Assembly (NCBI GenBank): GCA_051294375.1
Contig: CM119264.1
Coordinates: forward strand, 29,887,693 to 29,951,692
Direction: 5' to 3'
Origin: Paraspadella gotoi
Lineage: Eukaryota; Animalia; Chaetognatha
DNA: 64,000 nt
Made by a program: the position numbers and the translations under genes. Positions 12,181-26,739 of this stretch are shown piece after piece. A model generated the notes under the pieces. That model had not been told where the DNA came from, made no database searches, and worked only from the letters and a program-made list of their open reading frames with translations. How positions within the stretch are numbered: the stretch's first letter is position 1; every line of letters starts with the position of its first letter.

Positions 12181-12917
12181 GGTCTCGTACTTATGGGCGG
12201 GGTGAACATATTTCAATGCCCGACTACATATTTTCAACATCAAGACGCAAAATAATTTTTTCCATTTTTTCCACAAAATCTTTCGAGGTTTTCCTTCCCT
12301 TATTTCCCGGGCTCGCTTCTTCGGCCCCGTTCGCACGTAAGCCGTCCAAAGTGGAACACCTTAAAACTCATAATGGACCTTTGCGTGTGAGTTGCCCGCG
12401 TTAATGAACTCTCGGGTGCGCACGCATCCATAGCAGAGTCTGAGTTACGTAAACGTGTTTCGCACAATGACTCGCAACGCGTGATGCTCCCAGTGAGACT
12501 TGTGAGTCTGGGGGGGCGAGGGGGGGTTAAGTGAGGAGAAAGGGGGAATGTGAAGAGGAGAAATAGAAAAGAAAAGAACAGAAAAGAAAAGAAAAGAAAA
12601 GAAAAGAAAAAAATAATCAAAACATTGATTCACCTGGAATGAACATAAGGCGGCCAAAATTCGAAGCACTTTTTATAACTTCTTATTCTCTCAAAAAATT
12701 TCTTTTTTCCTCTATTACTAAATCGATTTTCAATGCACTAATTTTTGAATTAGTTCATTGGTTGTTGCACTGAAGCTTTTTAAATATTTATTAATATATA
12801 CAAATGACAAAAAATTTTTTTTTACAAAATTTATTTTTAAGACGGATTCCTATAGAGCTTGAAAAAGTTAAACTGAACAGTTAAGTAAATCTACATTTTT
12901 TAAATTTTGACAAGAAT

Positions 12918-13120
12918 TGGGTTTAAAAACAAAAAAAACGTTAAAAAAATCATCATCATCATCATCATTGAGCTGAATTTTAATGGTTTTTTAAATTTTT
13001 AATTAATAAACAAAAAAATTTTTAAAAATTTGTATTAATAACACTTTATCTAACTTTTAAACTCTATCAGAATCTATCAAAAATTGGAAAAATTCCAAAA
13101 AATATTTTTTAACTATATAA
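12918..13120 (+). repeat. AT-rich dispersed repeat, second copy at ~46420-46625
   Basis: Shared aaaaaatcatcatcat...tctaactttt..ctctatcagaatc..attccaaaaaa. Confidence 0.55.
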
Positions 13121-13340
13121 TAGTAACAAAATATCTTTAAAGGCCCTCCGTGCGCTTTATTAATGAAATTAATTTTTTAAATAATTTTAATTTTCATCAT
13201 TCTTTAACAGTCAACTTTACCATTATTTTATTTGAGAGCAACTTCTAGTTTTCAACCTGTTCCGGCCTAATGAACAATGAGCAAAAGTAAATGGAACAGA
13301 AAAAATTTAGGGGCAACAAAACCGAGAGGAGAGGAGATCG

Positions 13341-13373
<33 letters not shown>

Positions 13374-13785
13374 CAGAGAGAGAGAGAGAGAGAGAGAAGA
13401 GAGAGAGATGAGAGAGAGAGAGAGAGAGAGAATGTAAGCAAAAGGACATAAGAAGTAACAGGGATAAAAGTTAATTAATGAATTAATTAATGAAAGGAAC
13501 AACAAAACTGAAAGAGAAAAGAAAACGACAATGAACGAACGAAAGAAGCGAACAAAATAAACGAACAATTTAAAACCGAACGGGAGAAGCGAACGGGAGA
13601 AAAGAACGATTTGCATGAGTAAAAGTTTAACAAAAGAAAAAAAACTTTCTTTGTTGATCTTAACGACGTCGAGTTATTTTTAAACTTTTCGTCAAGAATT
13701 TAAATTTTTTCCAAGCGTCGGTACTAGAGCTAAAACAGGAGCAAGTAGGAGAGTGAGAGAGAGATGGAAGAGAAGATCGAGAGAG

Positions 13786-13826
<41 letters not shown>

Positions 13827-13923
13827 GAAGAGAGAGTTAATCTTTCTCTGTTGACGGCAGATTTTACGGGGAAAAAACTCATTTACGTGACTCGACGACG
13901 CGCAATTAATTCCTCCACGGGGG

Positions 13924-13959
<36 letters not shown>

Positions 13960-13979
13960 ACTCTCTCTCTCTCTTCCTC

Positions 13980-15790
13980 AAGAGGCTAAATTTAAAGAAA
14001 GTTCAAGATAAGAGGTTGGAGAAATATTTTAACCACGTCAGTCGAGAAGTGAAAAAATCTATCCGTGAAGATGAGGAGATGCATGGAAAACTAAAAATGA
14101 ACAAAATATTGGAGAAAGAGACAGCGGAAAAAGTGGTCAATGATAAAGAATTAATTAATTGTGGAAAGGAAAATGCAAATCTGATTGCATGCTAAAAAAA
14201 CCAGATGGCACTTCTTCAGAATCAAATTAGAAAATATGGAAATATTAGAACAAGGATGGAATCGGTGCATTCTGAACCAGAACCTAATAATGAAAACAAA
14301 TGGATATTTGATCAGGTACAAAATTTTAAGTTAGAAAACAGCAAAATTTTTAATGAAAAAAGAAGAAACTCAAACGGAATTAAAACTAAGTGACAAATGC
14401 AATGTAATTAAGTTAAGTCAAATAATTAGGAATCTTAAAACTAAAATAGCCCCAGGAAAAGATGGAATCACCCCACAAATCATGAAAAACTTACCTCTCT
14501 CAGCAAAGGTGATTCTCAGTGATATCATGCGAGAGATGTCTAGACAAAAGTATATTTCCTAAACCCTGGAAACACTCAAATCTTCGAATGCTCCAAACCC
14601 GGAAAAGATCTGACAGATCAAAAAGCTACCGACCAATAAGTCTGATCTCAGTAGTTGGAAAAATATTAGAAAGATTAGTAAAGAAAAACTGACCGAGTGT
14701 ACAAAAAGAATTAAATGCTATGGCCCGATGCAATCTGCATACAAGAAAGGTAGATCTGCACAAGAAAATGTCCTCAGGCTATGGAAGACATTAACTGCAG
14801 CTTCAGAAAAGATACTGCACCATTGGTGTTGCATTGACTTCTCTGTTGCCTTTAATTCGATGTGGAGCAATGGATTAATTTACAAAATGCATGGAAAGGG
14901 ATATCACTAAATTACTCAAAAATGATCAGTTCATACCTCCAGGACAGATCCATGAATATTGTTGATGGAAATCTTTGTTCAAGAACCGTCATGCTAAAAA
15001 AAGGGGCTCCACAAGGAGGAATATTGAGTCCTGATTTATTTACGCTTTATGTAGACGATTTGCCAGTCCTCATGATGTAAAAGGAAGCGGAGCAAAATAC
15101 GCTGACGATACGTCACTCTGGCTGAAGGAAAAACCCCAAAAGAAGCAGTGGAAATCCTGCAACCAAGATTAGATGAAGTAGTAAAATGGTGTTCACTTGG
15201 CAGCTCAATTTGTCTCCGGGAAAATCACTCATGAACTCTTCACTCGATGTCCCAGTCACAAAGACTATGATTTTCAGTTAATTTAGGCAATGAAGAAGTA
15301 GTTAGAAAAGAAAAACTCAGGCTCTTAGGCATTGACATAGATGAAAAGTTAATGTGGATGGATTCATTGATGATCTGCTAAATAAATTCAAAAGCAAAAT
15401 TTTAATGATAAATCGACTGTCTAAATTTAAAAAGGATCATGATAGTGGAATGAGACTGATTAACACTGTTTATCAAAGCCTGGTCGTGTCTGTCTTAAAC
15501 TATTCCAGTCTGGTATGGATTACAACAAACAAATATCAATGGGAAAATTGGAAAACTAAATTTAAGAGCCTTAAAACCTTTTTAAAACTGCCTATGCATA
15601 CTCTTCAAAAATTGTGTATGATGCAGCAGGTACAAACAGAAATGAAAGGACAGATTGAGAAAAGAGCAATGAAGAGAATCTTTGAAGTGACCAAAGGAAA
15701 TGAATGTTTGAAAGGACAGTACACAACATAGAGAATGACAAACGGACACACACATATCACAATGAAATGTGCTATGAGAAACTGAAGTCG
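13980..15790 (+). mobile_element. 5'-truncated non-LTR retrotransposon (LINE, Jockey/I-like) reverse transcriptase, frameshifted
   Basis: Ordered RT motifs across frames: APGKDGI, SYRPISLISVVGKILE, QSAYKKGRS, IDFSVAFNSMW, GAPQGGILSPDLFTLYVDDLP, YADD (15098-15109), RLLGIDID. Confidence 0.92.
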
Positions 15791-16185
15791 GACAACATCT
15801 GCCTTAGCACATTCTTTGGATTGACTGTCATTGCGAGTCTTGAAGTTTTTGTTTTTTTTCATCCAATATTACTTGTTGATTGAATTGATTCAATTTCTAT
15901 TCTTAAACTGGTTTCATAATCACGTCATGACGTTTTTGGCGGTCTGTGGTCTTTAAATCTTTTTAGTAATTTTTGATTAATTTTTTCCTTTTTTTAGTAT
16001 CACTACTAACAATTTGAAAGTCTGTACATAGTTCTTAAAATTTTGGTTTCACGTTTAAAAATTAATTTAAATGGGTTTTAAAAATGAATTTTTTACCATT
16101 AATAGTTTCGTAAACGAAATGACCTCATGGGCCACAGTAAATTGCGCCCGGTTTAGTCTATTTCATATTTCATATTTCATTTCTT

Positions 16186-16239
<54 letters not shown>

Positions 16240-16389
16240 TCCTTCAGTCCCCATTCCGTCTTCCCAGTCTTCTTCTTCTTCGCAATTCCCGAGTCCTTCG
16301 CCAAAAATGACGTAAGTGGGAGGAATTATTTTCTCGACGATGATGAGAGGAAAGCCCGAGCGGTGCGGCCCTTCAGAGCAGCCGAAATG

Positions 16390-16505
16390 ACACGACCCTT
16401 CAGAGCAGCCTTTTCCTTTCCTTTCCTTTCCTTTCCTTTCCTTTCCTTTCCTTTCCTTTCCTTTCCTTTCCTTTCCTTTCTTTTCCTTTCCTTTCTTTTC
16501 CTTTC
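16390..16505. repeat. (CTTTC)n pentanucleotide microsatellite
   Basis: Read directly. Confidence 0.95.
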
Positions 16506-16989
16506 CATTTTTTTCCTTTCCTCTTTTGTCCTTTCTTTTCTTTTCCTTTTTTTCCCTTCCTGACTCAATTTATGTCCCTTCCTGTCATAATAAGTGAAAT
16601 AGAATTTATCTATTATTAAATGTGAATTGAGCATCAACAGATTCTTATGTAATGTAATAAGTATTAATTGAAATATTCAAAAACTCAAACTAATTCTACG
16701 TTACGCCGGGAAGAGACGCCAAACCCGGGCGAAGATAAAAAGGAAGGAAGAAAAGGAATTAAGATCGAAATTGAAAATTAATGGAAAATCGCGCCGGAGT
16801 GAAACCACGCCGGGTTTTAACCTCTTTTAGGCCTAAAGAAAAAACAGAAAGACATCACTAAAACCTCGGGGTGATATCTATCACCAATCGAAAGTATATA
16901 CAGAATAAAACTCTCTACTCTAGCTAATCTAGCTTCTTTTAGATTAAATAAATTCGAGAAATGAAGTAAACTTTACTTAAGTTAATAAT

Positions 16990-17205
16990 CACAAGCACCT
17001 ATAACTTGGCCTGTGATACTCTGGGCTGAGTAGACTCAGTGTCCGCCTCCTCTTACTGACATGCTTAAGACATGCTTAAGACATGCTTAAGACATGCTTA
17101 AGACGCTCCCGTCAAATTTAAACTAGAACCGGGAATGAACCCGAGACCCACGGTTAAAACGACATGATTTCGCCTGCTCAACCAAATACAGTAATGCGGC
17201 GGCTG
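16990..17205 (-). mobile_element. tRNA-derived SINE-like element with an internal 11-bp tandem (gacatgcttaa x4, 17058-17104)
   Basis: Minus strand has a B-box-like gggttc(g)attcccgg followed by gagtctactcagccc. Confidence 0.5.
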
Positions 17206-18893
17206 AACTTCCTACTATCAAAACTGTATACAACCCCTTCTACTAACTTCGTCAACACAAACCATTCGGTGTCTATTTTTTTAGTTAAATTACAGAAGAA
17301 AAACCGGCCTCGCCCTTCCTCACCCTCAAGGCGAACGAAATGAAGAAATTTGTTTTCTTCTCAACCTTGAGGGAATTTTCGTCGAAATTGGGATTCTGAA
17401 CGCGTCGGCGTCCGAGGCCGAGCTGAAGATTCCGTTTGAATTTGCGCGCGTCTTTGGACCTCGTTCTCGACTATAAATAAAATGGGTCGCGATACTATTG
17501 ATTAAAAAAACGATATCGATAACCGATGCAACGATCTTAATTTGTATTATACTACTATACTCTCCAAATATCTTTAAATTTATAAGGATAAGTATTTTTA
17601 AGTATCTAAGAAAATTATTACAAAAACGAGTTTATTTTTAATTTTACGTTTCCTTAAATTTTCCGCGTAATGGTCGTCTTCTTTCTCATTTTCGTATTCT
17701 CCCATTATTTATTGGCTTTTTTTTCTCAGTTAATTGCCCACAAATCATTCCAGGTTCCTCTTCACAATTTCGCCTCTTTATTCTCACCTCCCTTCATATC
17801 CTATCTACCAGTCGCGCCACCTTCCTTATTTTTTTCACCCTTCGCTCAAAAGATGGCGTTTTCCCCTTTTGTTTCTCCTCTTCCTCCTCCTCTTCCTCCT
17901 CCTATTCTTCCTCCGCTTAATTTTTCCCGCCAATTTTGACACTTTTTATTCCCAGCGGCCTCCCTCACATTCAAGTAGTTTGAACAGTAAAATTATGGAG
18001 AACGAAATTTTCCCTTTATTTTTTTTTTAAATTTTTATTTTTATAAAGTTATTTGAAAAAAAACCTAAAGGCTACTTCTATCTTAATGATCTGTTTCTAT
18101 AACTTTTCTCATTTAAAAATTAAATTTGAAAAATGTTTTCGATTTTAAGTAAGATAAATATTGCGTTCAACTTAGAGGTCATTAAATCATATTTTAAATA
18201 GAGGCTGGCGTTCAATTAATTTTTCGTAATATGAAAGCGAAAATTTAATCCCCGAGAACCATTAGTCATTAAAAAATTAGAAAATTATAGTCATTAAAAA
18301 ATTGGAGACTTGAGAAACTCGGAAAACGTTGATAAACGATAAACGCTCATAAGTCATAATTGATGACATTTTAATATTTTATGTTTGCATCTATACACAA
18401 GCGTCGCAAAGTATCATTAATTATTCGTCACGAGATCAATAAAGCATTATGTAACGGAAAAGATTTGAGTTTTTCAACGAATTTTATTTATTTATTATTA
18501 AAACATTACTACAACGAAAACGAAAGGATTGTACACATAATGTCTAGCATTATTTCAAAAAAAGTTATAATTGTTCAAAAATCTTGGCAGCCTTAGTATT
18601 TGTTGCGATTCAAACAAACCTCCGCCAAAAAGAGGGAAAGAAAAAGACGAACGTTCCGCGTCGGAGTTCGGGTTGTTTTCTTTCGCCGATGCCGTAGATG
18701 TCGCTACTAAATCTTCGACTCCCAAAATTCGTTCTCAACAATCAGACACGAGTTCCGATTGAGCGCCAATTTTCGTTGTCGTCGTTGTTGTGGTTGTTGT
18801 TGTTGTTGTTGTTTTCGCCATTTATCGTCCACGTCGTCGTTTTTGTAAATTGTGCCGGAAATACTTTTCCATCTTCCATCCTCTGGTGTCCAC

Positions 18894-18986
<93 letters not shown>

Positions 18987-20235
18987 CCCCGTTTGTCTCG
19001 CACTCAATTATTTCCTCGTGATTCATGGGTCAGCTCTCTCTCTCTCTCTCTCTTCCGTTTTTTTCCTTTTTTCCCTCTCGTCTGCGGATTCTATATCGGT
19101 TATTCGCAAGAATGACGCTTCAGATATTTATCACATTTTTTATGCGTCGCTGCATCTTTTTTTAGCTTCGCCGTTCGTCACAGATATGCGTCGTCAAATT
19201 TTTCTCATAAAAAATATAATTTCATCATTACATTGTTCGTAAAAGTTTTTAAACGTTTAAAATCTAAAATGCGATTTATTTTACAAGGGAACCGACGTCT
19301 TCTTTCATTATGCAATGAGACGAAAAATGATTTTTGGGAAAAGAATAAAAAAAATTAGGAAGAGACGAAATTGGGTTATATCCCTGACGCATCGTGATGA
19401 ATAATGACATTGGATGAAAATGTCATTTTTACTGACATGATTATCGACAAATGAAGAGAATAACTAGATATAAACCATTCACATTGTTTTTGATCTTTAA
19501 TAATTATATATACAATATATATTACAAACTTTTAACCATTACAAATGTTTTAATTATAATTATTTTTAGAACCTAGTAGTTTAAGTAGATTTAGTCGATA
19601 AATAATATCGCTGGTGTGGTTATTTTCTAGTTAAGGCTGATTAATAGTTAATGAATTACGCTTCTCAATTGAAGCGATACTTTGGTAAGTCCTCCTTACT
19701 TTTTTTTCTTTTTCTCTTTCATTTAACATTTACATTTACATTTGGCCAAAAAAAGAATATTCTTTCATCGATGGATTTTTATTTTCCCACAAAAAAAAGA
19801 TTTAAATTTTAATCATAAAATATTTAGTAAAAAATCATCGACGTTGGAAAAAAGGTGAGGATCAAATGAGAGGAGAGAAATGGAAATTAAAAAAGGTGAG
19901 GATCAAATAAAAGGAGAGAAACGGAAATTAAAAAGCAAAAGAGGAAAAAGAATAAAAAAGAAGAATTATAACGGAAAGGGAAAAAAGAAAGAAAAAAGAA
20001 AAAAAGTATAATTAAGGAGAAAAAAATCCATTTTTAAATCATTTATTTTCTGCTTAAGCCATTTAAAAATAAGAGCAAGCTCGTTTAAATTCAGTTGTAA
20101 GTTTTATTGATTGTTCAAAACGATTTTTTTTTTCAAAGTGAATTAACACGAAAACGTAAATGAAAGTCTAAACTAAACGATGAACAAAAATAACAGTTCA
20201 ATCGTCCAGAAAGAGGAGAGAGAGAGAGAGAGAAG

Positions 20236-20275
<40 letters not shown>

Positions 20276-21045
20276 ACATTTATTTTTCACTTTTTCAATT
20301 AGGAAACGAGAAAAAAAATTAGATAATTAATGAAGCGAGTTCGCGATATAAATATCTCAGCCTCGCATCAATTTAAATGTGACAGAAAAAAAAAACATTG
20401 CCCAAAATAAAAAGAATTAATACTGGATCAATTTGTTTATATATATATACAATTTAATAAAAACGAAAATTGCACAAGCCGTTCGTTTTAACGTTGATCG
20501 TTTCATTTTTTAGTGGCGTCGGTTATTAAATTGGGAATGACGACGCCAACGACAGAAAGGGGTGTGGCAACGCCAATGGCAGCAGAATGGCACCGTCGAT
20601 GGAACCGTCGATGGCATCGCGGTCCTCAGATGTCGTCGCAGTCCGTCGTCCAACCTTTTAATTTCGAGCTGAAATTGGAAAAAGAAAAAAAAGAATCGTT
20701 TTGAATGTGCGAACTAAATCCGCCTCCGCCTTTGCCCCCGCCCACCTCAATCTCATTTGCATATTGTAGAAATTTATATTTTTCAGTCTTTTTTTCCTAG
20801 CTCTTCCTAAACATTTTTTTATTATTATTTTGGCGACATCTTTAACAAGGTTTAACAATTATTTAGTTTTACAAATAATATCAGGACATTTAATTAATGT
20901 ATTATAGCTTTACGAATGGAAGTATTTTTCTTATTATGAAAAAACTGTCTCATGTATCACGAAACCCTTCCACCTTTTCCTTTTCGTCTCCACAAATCGA
21001 CGCCGAGAAAGAATTTTTCCGGGGCCGAACGCCCAACCCCCACCT

Positions 21046-21106
21046 CTACCCTCGACAATCTGAGACTCGATCTCCATGGCAACCGACGGCAACGACAGTT
21101 GTCGCC
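21046..21106 (-). CDS. CD225/dispanin-family gene, terminal coding exon (RATTVVAVGCHGDRVSDCRG*)
   Basis: attttag| acceptor; phase 2 matches the previous exon; TAG at 21046-21048. Confidence 0.7.
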
Positions 21107-21185
21107 CTAAAATATTTCCCCTACTCGCAAAATAATCTTTTTTTTATTGCGTTAAAATTCTCAGGTAATTCTCTCTCTCTCTCTA

Positions 21186-21222
<37 letters not shown>

Positions 21223-21467
21223 TTCTATCTCTCTATCTCTCTCTCTCTCTATACCTCTCTCTATCTCTATCTCTCTCTCTTTCACTCTCTGTCTGTCCGT
21301 TTTCTCTCTCCAGTTCCCTTTTTTTTTTCTCTGTCTCGATTTCAGTCTTCAGCCTAAAATTTCACAGATTCCGTATTTCCAGCCAAAGTTTAAGATTAAA
21401 ACTCGTTATTCCAGCTGAAAAGAGTCACTTTTAATGAGACCCGGTCGGTCTGTCTCTCTCAACGAAC

Positions 21468-21594
21468 CTGTAGCAGAAGACCCCCGTTTCCACGAGGGTC
21501 GTGACAGCGACGATAATGAGGACGTCGACGACGAGTCCAGCGATGCTGATCCCGAACGCGTATTTGCCGTATCGTTTGGAAAGACCCGCTTCGC
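21468..21594 (-). CDS. CD225/dispanin-family gene, exon with the second hydrophobic helix (GEAGLSKRYGKYAFGISIAGLVVDVLIIVAVTTLVETGVFCY)
   Basis: ccattcag| acceptor and ag|gttcgt donor, 127 nt. Phase 1 in matches the exon at 47990-48182. Fits the second half of the CD225 domain. Confidence 0.85.
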
Positions 21595-22702
21595 CTGAAT
21601 GGAAGAAGGGAAAATAGAGTAAGGAATATAAAGTTTAAACTTTTGAAAGGGAAAAAGGTAAAGACAATTTTAAAAAAATAAATAAATGATCAATTCAATT
21701 ATTATTGAACACCGGCTGTTATTTCTTAATTCCATATCATAAAATTTTATTCAGTTATCTTTCTTTCTATTTGTAATAATAATCTTTTCTTCTCGAGATT
21801 TCTTTTCCCTNNNNNNNNNNNNNNNNNNNNNNNNNNNNNNNNNNNNNNNNNNNNNNNNNNNNNNNNNNNNNNNNNNNNNNNNNNNNNNNNNNNNNNNNNN
21901 NNNNNNNNNNNNNNNNNNNNNNNNNNNNNNNNNNNNNNNNNNNNNNNNNNNNNNNNNNNNNNNNNNNNNNNNNNNNNNNNGAGTGATTGAGGTCATTAGG
22001 TACTGGTTGTTGTTGTTGTCATTGTCTTCGCTGTTGTCGTTATCATCGTTGTCGTCGTCGTCGTATTCATTGACATCATCTTTTCTTCTTCTCATAATTT
22101 CTGTCAATTTCCGGTCCTCATTTGACGCTTTTGTATTCATGGTTAAACATTAACCATTAACTCCTTTCTCTTTCTTTCTCGTCTTGGATCGGTTAATTTT
22201 CTTAGTGGAAAATGAGTCATTTTCGACACGTTGAAGTTGGTATTTCATCCCAATTCGTTATCACCCACTTTGCTGCTTCTTGAGGAAATCTCGAATACAA
22301 TCTCCACATTCCTCTGCTCATTGCAACCGGGAAACAAAACCGAGTAACATAAGCCTGTCCAAAGTCAGGGGCAAGATAGCTTATTTATTAAATGAATGGT
22401 TAATTTTTATATTGGTTGTACCAACTTCATAAAAATTGTATGGAAACAAATGGAGAATATCGTGAAAATCTCAGAAAGTGAAAATCTTTAAGGGTTTTCA
22501 AATGGTGAATTTTTTCTTGCGGCGGAGTTAAAACGTTCACGATGTAATTCAAACTCTTTCTCTTTCAACTTCTTTCCATTTCTTTCAATTACTTTCAATT
22601 TCGTATAAAAGGAATGGAAGGTCCATCTGACTTCTGACCTCAATTGCAAAGAGTCATACTGAGCTTTTCTCTCTCTCTCTCTCTTCTCTCTTCTCTCTTC
22701 TC

Positions 22703-22773
<71 letters not shown>

Positions 22774-23239
22774 GAGGTCGTATATCGAGCGGAAATCGTA
22801 ACTCGTTGCGTTGAGAACGACGATGAACGCGATCGTCGTCGTCGTTCTCGCAATAGGGGGTGAATGAATAATAGTAAAAGTTTTCGTCCTAATCGATGTC
22901 GTTTTCGTCGTCGTCGTCGTCGACTATAAATGATAAAATGTCAGTTGTTCTGACATAAAAAAGAGAAAAATTACCTGGTATATAAAATGGTCAATGTATA
23001 AAAATATTTAAAAAAAAAAAGATGCTGAAAAAAAAACAGTGAGTCCTTCGGCCGTAAAGGACCCAGTTCCTGGTCCTGATTGCCGATCATAAAGTTATGA
23101 TAAAGTTGTGATAAAGTTGTGACAAACGCATTAGTTTTCCACCGCATCTTGCCGTTACTTCCGATCGAGATAGAATCTTCAAACGGAAATTTATTAACAT
23201 CGTAAAACCCGTCGATTAATAAAAACTCAAGATGGAAAA

Positions 23240-23360
23240 CCTTTGTTTACTTTCTTTGTTTACGATCTTTGTTTACAATCTTTGTTGTCATATTCTTTGT
23301 TTACTATCTTTGTTGTCATATTCTTTGTTTACTTTCTTTGTTTACAATCTTTATTTACAA
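23240..23360. repeat. Degenerate ~13-14-bp tandem (tctttgtttac..)
   Basis: Read directly. Confidence 0.7.
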
Positions 23361-23622
23361 GAGGCGATGAGATGATGACAACGACAGCAGAAACAAAGTC
23401 GACGGCAAGATTATTGACAAATGCTCTGTTTTGACGACTCCCTCTCTTTCTCTTTCTCTCTCTCTCTCTCGTCTCTCGATCATCATCTCTCCTCTCTTCT
23501 CTCCTCTCTCTCTCTCTCTCTCTCCTCTTCTTCCTCTTCACTTTTTTACTTTGCTTGCTATGATTCTATCTTTCTATTTTCTGCCTTCATCTTTTCACTT
23601 TTATCATTTTTCGCACTTTCGA

Positions 23623-23661
<39 letters not shown>

Positions 23662-23971
23662 TTCCTTTTGATTCCCAGAACAAAACAAGGCGAATATAAC
23701 TTTTCATTCAAAAGGAAAATTTATCTATTTTTCTGGTCGTGAATTTCTTTCAATGAAATTTTAAAGACGAAAAAAAAAAATTTATGATGAGAACGTAAAA
23801 CCATAAATTATAAATCCAATCAAGTTGTTAAGATATAAACAAAAATTATTTTAAAAATTAAACTTATTAAATTATAATATAATAAGTGAATAAATAAAAC
23901 TGTTAGAGGAGAGTTTTGAATGAAAGGTTGCAGGGTTCTGCCATGAAATGCTCTTGTATGGCTGGACCGGC

Positions 23972-24221
23972 CTGGTGGCCTTTTCCCATCATAGCCTGTC
24001 CAAAGACTGGGCTGGTGGCCTTTTCCCATCATAGCCTGTCCAAAGACTGGGCTGGTGGCCTTATCCCATCATAGCCTGTCCAAAGAATGACAGCGAGATT
24101 GTTTATTGAATGAATGGATGATTTTTAATTAGTTGTACCAATTTCATAGTAATTAGTATGTTTAAATGAATGGATAATTTTTAATTAGTTGTACCAATTT
24201 CATAGTAATTAGTATGTTTAA
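23972..24221 (+). repeat. 40-bp tandem (~3 copies, 23972-24086) followed by a ~57-bp tandem (2 copies); both contain parts of the 8492-8611 repeat family
   Basis: ctggtggccttttcccatcatagcctgtccaaagactggg x3; aatgaatggat..ttgtaccaatttcatagtaattagtatgtttaa x2. Confidence 0.9.
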
Positions 24222-24249
24222 AGAAAGTATTTTTCCCTCTCATATTCTC

Positions 24250-24575
24250 ATAAGTCCCTTTTCGGTCGATTCTGTCCGTCGGTCCGTCGGAATGTCTGTC
24301 TGTCCGACTGTCCCACTTACATTAAAAATACATATAATTTGTTTATAGTTGGTTGCTCACAGGAAAAAAATCTCAAATCTAAGGGACTGCTAGCTCCGCC
24401 TTCGGGAATTCCTAAAACTATAAGGAATTAAAGACGGAATTTTGCTGCAGTTCATGTACACGGGCAAAGAAAGTTTTTTTGTCATGTCATGTCATGTCAT
24501 ATCATGTGATTAAAGGGAAATAAACGTGAAAATAAAGTCACTGCGGCGCAACACATTGGAATTACCGTTCTTGTT
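24250..24575 (+). mobile_element. DINE-1/HINE-like element, 5' hairpin missing
   Basis: Colinear with 7380-7695. Confidence 0.7.
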
Positions 24576-24577
24576 TT

Positions 24578-24676
24578 AACCCACAACGACTGGAGAAAAC
24601 ACTTGTTCGGATCCGAGGATCGAACCTTCAACCTTACCATTTCCGGTTGACGGATCCACCGATTAAGCTAAGGTCA
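24578..24676 (-). mobile_element. tRNA-derived SINE head (duplicate at 37762-37860)
   Basis: Minus strand has A-box TAGCTTAATCGG and B-box GGTTCGATCC at tRNA-like spacing. No cloverleaf acceptor stem seen. Confidence 0.6.
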
Positions 24677-25329
24677 AAGAGAGGGAGAGAGTGAACAGGT
24701 CGCTGATTCGAGGTCGTGAGAGGGAGAGAGAGGGAGAGGGAGGGGAGAGGCAGAGAGAGAGAGAGAGGGAGAGGGGGGGAGAAGAACGAAAACCAGCGAA
24801 TCTCTCGTTTTTCACGACGTAAAAAAGATCATTTTATTTTTCCTTCTTTTTTTTTTATTTTTTTTTTCTCTTTCAGTTTTTTCTCCATATTTTCCATCCT
24901 TTTTTTTCTACTCGTGATGGTCGAAAGGAAAAAAGGGGAAAAAATAGACATTCGGAACTTTTTTTTCTTTTTTTTTCTTTCCTTCTTTTTAACCGACTTC
25001 CTTCTTCAATCTTCTTTCGTCCGCCATTTTATTTTCTTTTCTCCTTTTAATATTTTCTTTCCACACATTTCTTTTTCTTTTGTCATTCTCTTTCATTATA
25101 TTTATCATTTCTCCTTTTTTATTTTCTCTATTACTTTTTCATTACTTTTTTTGATAATATCTTTCGTTCTTTTTTTAATATATACTACATTTATAACTTT
25201 CTTTGTTTCTTATTTATTCTCCCTTTTTTCTCTCCTTTCAAGTTTTCCTCCTTTTTCTCTCCTCGACTTTTTATGCTTCCAATTCCTCTCTTATTAAGAG
25301 CAACGGAGGGGGAAACGAAAAGAAAATAT

Positions 25330-25471
<142 letters not shown>

Positions 25472-26196
25472 GGAGAGAGAAAGAGAGATAGAAAGGGAGA
25501 GAGAGAGAGAGGGAGAGAGAGACGAAGTGAATGAAAAAATGACGGAAGGAAGAAAGAAAATTAGGCTTTGAGAAAAAAAGAGAAAAATTAGAAATAATTT
25601 CCGGCAAAATTATGGAGGAAGATATTAAAGAGAACATTAAAGATAAATTTAAAACAGTTTAAAAACGTAACATAATTTTAAAGTATGATAAAGAATAATA
25701 ACAATGATAAGAGTTGCAGTACAAACAGTTGAAAATAATAATAATAATAATAAATAATTAAAACACATAAAAATTAAGAAACGATTTAATGGTTTTAGTT
25801 GTTAATATATGCCCTTTTTAAAGAGAGAGAGNNNNNNNNNNNNNNNNNNNNNNNNNAGAGAGAGATCAGTCCTTGCGTCTCGAGGTGACTACAGTTTCTT
25901 CCTCCGCAATCTTGATTTCTTCGGTCGCGCCATCTGCCGTAACCTCACGCGAAAAGAAACTGAGCTTTTATCGTCTCTTAATCTCGGTTGGCGAAATAAA
26001 TTCCAGGAATAAATCCTGACTTAATCCGTCTTTTTGCTTCGAAAAAACGAAGACCCGGAAACGAGCTGAGGCAACGTCCACTGACGCCCACTCACGGCCC
26101 ACTCACGCCCACTCTTCTCTTTGTTAAAAAGTCTCATTTTTTTTTTTAGAATCTTTTTTAAGAGTCGAAGTTGAAAGAGAAAGTTGTTTGGAATTG

Positions 26197-26228
<32 letters not shown>

Positions 26229-26678
26229 TTTCTGTCTGTTGTCGTCGTCCGTCGTCGTCGTCGTTTTCTGTCGTCGTCGTCGTCGTTTCTTTTCCGTCGC
26301 GTCGGTCGTTTCGTCGTTTCGTCGTCGTCGTCGTTCGTGTCGTTGTCATCGTCGTTTTCTTTCGTCGTCGTCGTCGCCGACATCTTTTTCGTTGTCGGCA
26401 TCAATGGTTTCGTTTGATTAGAGGATCAGATCCAAAAAAGAAGCGAGCGAATCCAAAACCGCAAACATCACAACATTCATTTGCGCCGCCAATGACGATA
26501 TTGTCTTTTCGTTTCGTATTTTCACCCAGCTAGAAAAAAAAAACATCTATACTGACTCACACATTAAAACATATTAAATAAAATCCAATGAGACGAAATA
26601 CAAAAAAAAGCGAAAAGGGAAATAATTAAGCAAATAAAGCAATAAAGCAAGACGACGAGAGAGGAAGAGTTTAGAGAG

Positions 26679-26739
<61 letters not shown>

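Noticed and set aside
17290-17476. GC-rich island as an identifiable exon
   Set aside because: Open in several frames on both strands with no recognisable motif; cannot be assigned.
23972-24086. CRISPR-like array (also the 32/33-bp arrays at 27-30 kb)
   Set aside because: Head-to-tail tandem units without unique spacers, no cas genes, eukaryotic context.
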